Below the pieces are notes generated by a model. That model was not told the origin of the DNA. It did no database searches and saw nothing but the letters and a program-made list of their open reading frames with translations. The position numbers and the translations under genes were made by a program. A DNA stretch of 38,317 bases from a bacterium (GTDB lineage: Bacteria > Patescibacteriota > Minisyncoccia > Phycocordibacterales > UBA918), in the NCBI GenBank assembly GCA_030430425.1, contig JAUIFS010000003.1, positions 1-38,317 on the forward strand, written 5' to 3'. This document shows positions 36,870 through 38,317 of the stretch, in pieces. Every line of letters begins with the position of its first letter. The first letter of the stretch is position 1.

Positions 36870-37256
36870 ATGTTTTCGAATGTAGTTATTGCTTCTGGGT
36901 ACGGCATACTATGGATGGTATTCGCGCTGAATGCGCCGTCTGTGTATAGTGAGAGTTGGCGTGTTACGAGTTATCGTTGTGGCATCGTTGTCGTTGCTGG
37001 AGTTGCTGGCTTTTGTGCCTGGCAGTATGAGCTCACTAGTATTGTGATGGTCATCCCTTGGGTTGCGCTAGGATATCTTTACGTGTCTCTCTGTTTCCAG
37101 TGGCCTTCATTTGTCCCAAAGGGATGCCCCTACGCAACCTTTGCAGTTCGGGCAACAAAGACGACGTCTGTACCCGCGCGAAAATTGTTTCACCAGCACC
37201 AGCGTGCTGTGGCAAAACCAACACTTATTGTTGACAACACACAGGCAGGGAGATAA
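36870..37256 (+). CDS. Hypothetical membrane protein
   Basis: Three hydrophobic segments; purine-rich SD. Confidence 0.5.
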   Translation: MFSNVVIASGYGILWMVFALNAPSVYSESWRVTSYRCGIVVVAGVAGFCAWQYELTSIVMVIPWVALGYLYVSLCFQWPSFVPKGCPYATFAVRATKTTSVPARKLFHQHQRAVAKPTLIVDNTQAGR

Positions 37257-37258
37257 TC

Positions 37259-37450
37259 ATGGAAACAACTATTGCCTATGTACGAGATATGCTTTTTATG
37301 GCGGACCTCGGCGCATGGCAGGTGTGGCAGCATCTAGAGTTTAAACGAATGCTCGCAGAAGGATACGATGGAGAACCACCGAATGATGGTGGAGGACTAA
37401 ACATACTAACGGCGCTCTTAGCGCCGTTTTTCTTTGACAAAGTATTTTAA
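37259..37450 (+). CDS. Hypothetical small protein
   Basis: Starts 2 nt after previous stop; GGGAG SD. Confidence 0.35.
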   Translation: METTIAYVRDMLFMADLGAWQVWQHLEFKRMLAEGYDGEPPNDGGGLNILTALLAPFFFDKVF

Positions 37451-37497
37451 TTCAGGTACATATACACACAGATACAAGAAACAACGGGAGAAGTGCT

Positions 37498-37803
37498 ATG
37501 TTTGAACAGCTGTGGGTAGTTGATTTTCTGACGTTTGCAACCGTAATGCTTTTGCTTCTTGCGGTGCGTGATGCTGTTGAGGATTTTCGGCAACTTTCCT
37601 TGCCAAAGGACGCCGTGGTGATACTGCTTGACCCCCTTGTTGGGGGACGAGTGTTGGGAGTTATTACTGTGTGGTTGCTGTACGCAACCGGACATCTCTT
37701 GCTGATGTTTTTGTTCCTTGGCGGGATCGTTGGTGTACCAATGGTCTGGCGTTTGATTGCGTGTGAATCATTTTTACATGCATCCCGAAAGCGATTTCGG
37801 TGA
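37498..37803 (+). CDS. Hypothetical membrane protein
   Basis: Three hydrophobic segments; GGGAG SD. Confidence 0.45.
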   Translation: MFEQLWVVDFLTFATVMLLLLAVRDAVEDFRQLSLPKDAVVILLDPLVGGRVLGVITVWLLYATGHLLLMFLFLGGIVGVPMVWRLIACESFLHASRKRFR

Positions 37804-37939
37804 GTACGAAAAGACTGCGCATGTGCGTGGTCTTTTTCTTTGCAAAATAAATAGCGAGTGCTAGTATGCAAAGGCAGGCCTGATACGTCTGCTTCGGCAG
37901 GTGCCGGAATTACTATGTCTGATATACATATCATAAAAT

Positions 37940-38317
37940 ATGAATACAAAAAAAGAGGAGAACGCTACTCCTGAAAAAAGTGACGTTGCGTTGCGTGAAG
38001 AGGCGATATTGTCCTTTTGGCAACAGCACGATATTTTTAATAAAACATTGGAGCAAGACGCTCCAAACGGTGAGTTTATTTTTTACGATGGGCCACCGTT
38101 TGCAACCGGATTGCCGCACTATGGGCACATTCTTGCGGGGACGATAAAAGACGCTATTCCGCGTTTTTGGACGATGAATGGATACCGCGTGCCGCGCAAG
38201 TGGGGCTGGGACTGCCATGGTTTGCCACTGGAGAACTTGATTGAGAAGAAGCTCGGACTTGCGACAAAACGAGACATCGAAGCATACGGTATCCAAAACT
38301 TTAACGAAGCTGCTCGT
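37940..38317 (+). CDS. ileS: Isoleucine--tRNA ligase, type 2-like (3' truncated; absent from the ORF track)
   Basis: Manual translation: FYDGPPFATGLPHYGHILAGTIKD and GWDCHGLPLE. Confidence 0.93.
   Translation, partial: MNTKKEENATPEKSDVALREEAILSFWQQHDIFNKTLEQDAPNGEFIFYDGPPFATGLPHYGHILAGTIKDAIPRFWTMNGYRVPRKWGWDCHGLPLENLIEKKLGLATKRDIEAYGIQNFNEAAR

Noticed and set aside
37804-37939. T-box leader before ileS
   Set aside because: Region is too short and has no TGGNACC T-box motif

Overview
Chromosomal segment of a Patescibacteria (CPR)-like bacterium, most consistent with Parcubacteria (inferred from compact genes, leaderless or SD-less core genes, pilMNO and rplK not followed by rplA). It carries the end of a type IV pilus pilM-N-O operon, four tRNAs (Arg-UCU, Val-UAC, Leu-GAG, His-GUG), rplS, secE-nusG-rplK, a class Ic-type nrdAB, a folate/thymidylate cluster (CofE-like ligase, folA, cytidylyltransferase, deaminase, two HIT proteins, divergent thyA, MazG-like, tmk, glyA), argS and the start of ileS. 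The most striking signal is non-coding. Three different tRNAs are trailed by 165-205 bp structured elements, each holding a direct copy of that tRNA's 3' end plus an inverted, usually hairpin-interrupted copy, around a shared internal core. At tRNA-His these elements alternate with single-gene cassettes that have homologous ends and a GGGCGAC crossover core but no integrase, which looks like a tRNA-anchored cassette array. All calls are by eye; no database searches or folding programs were run.
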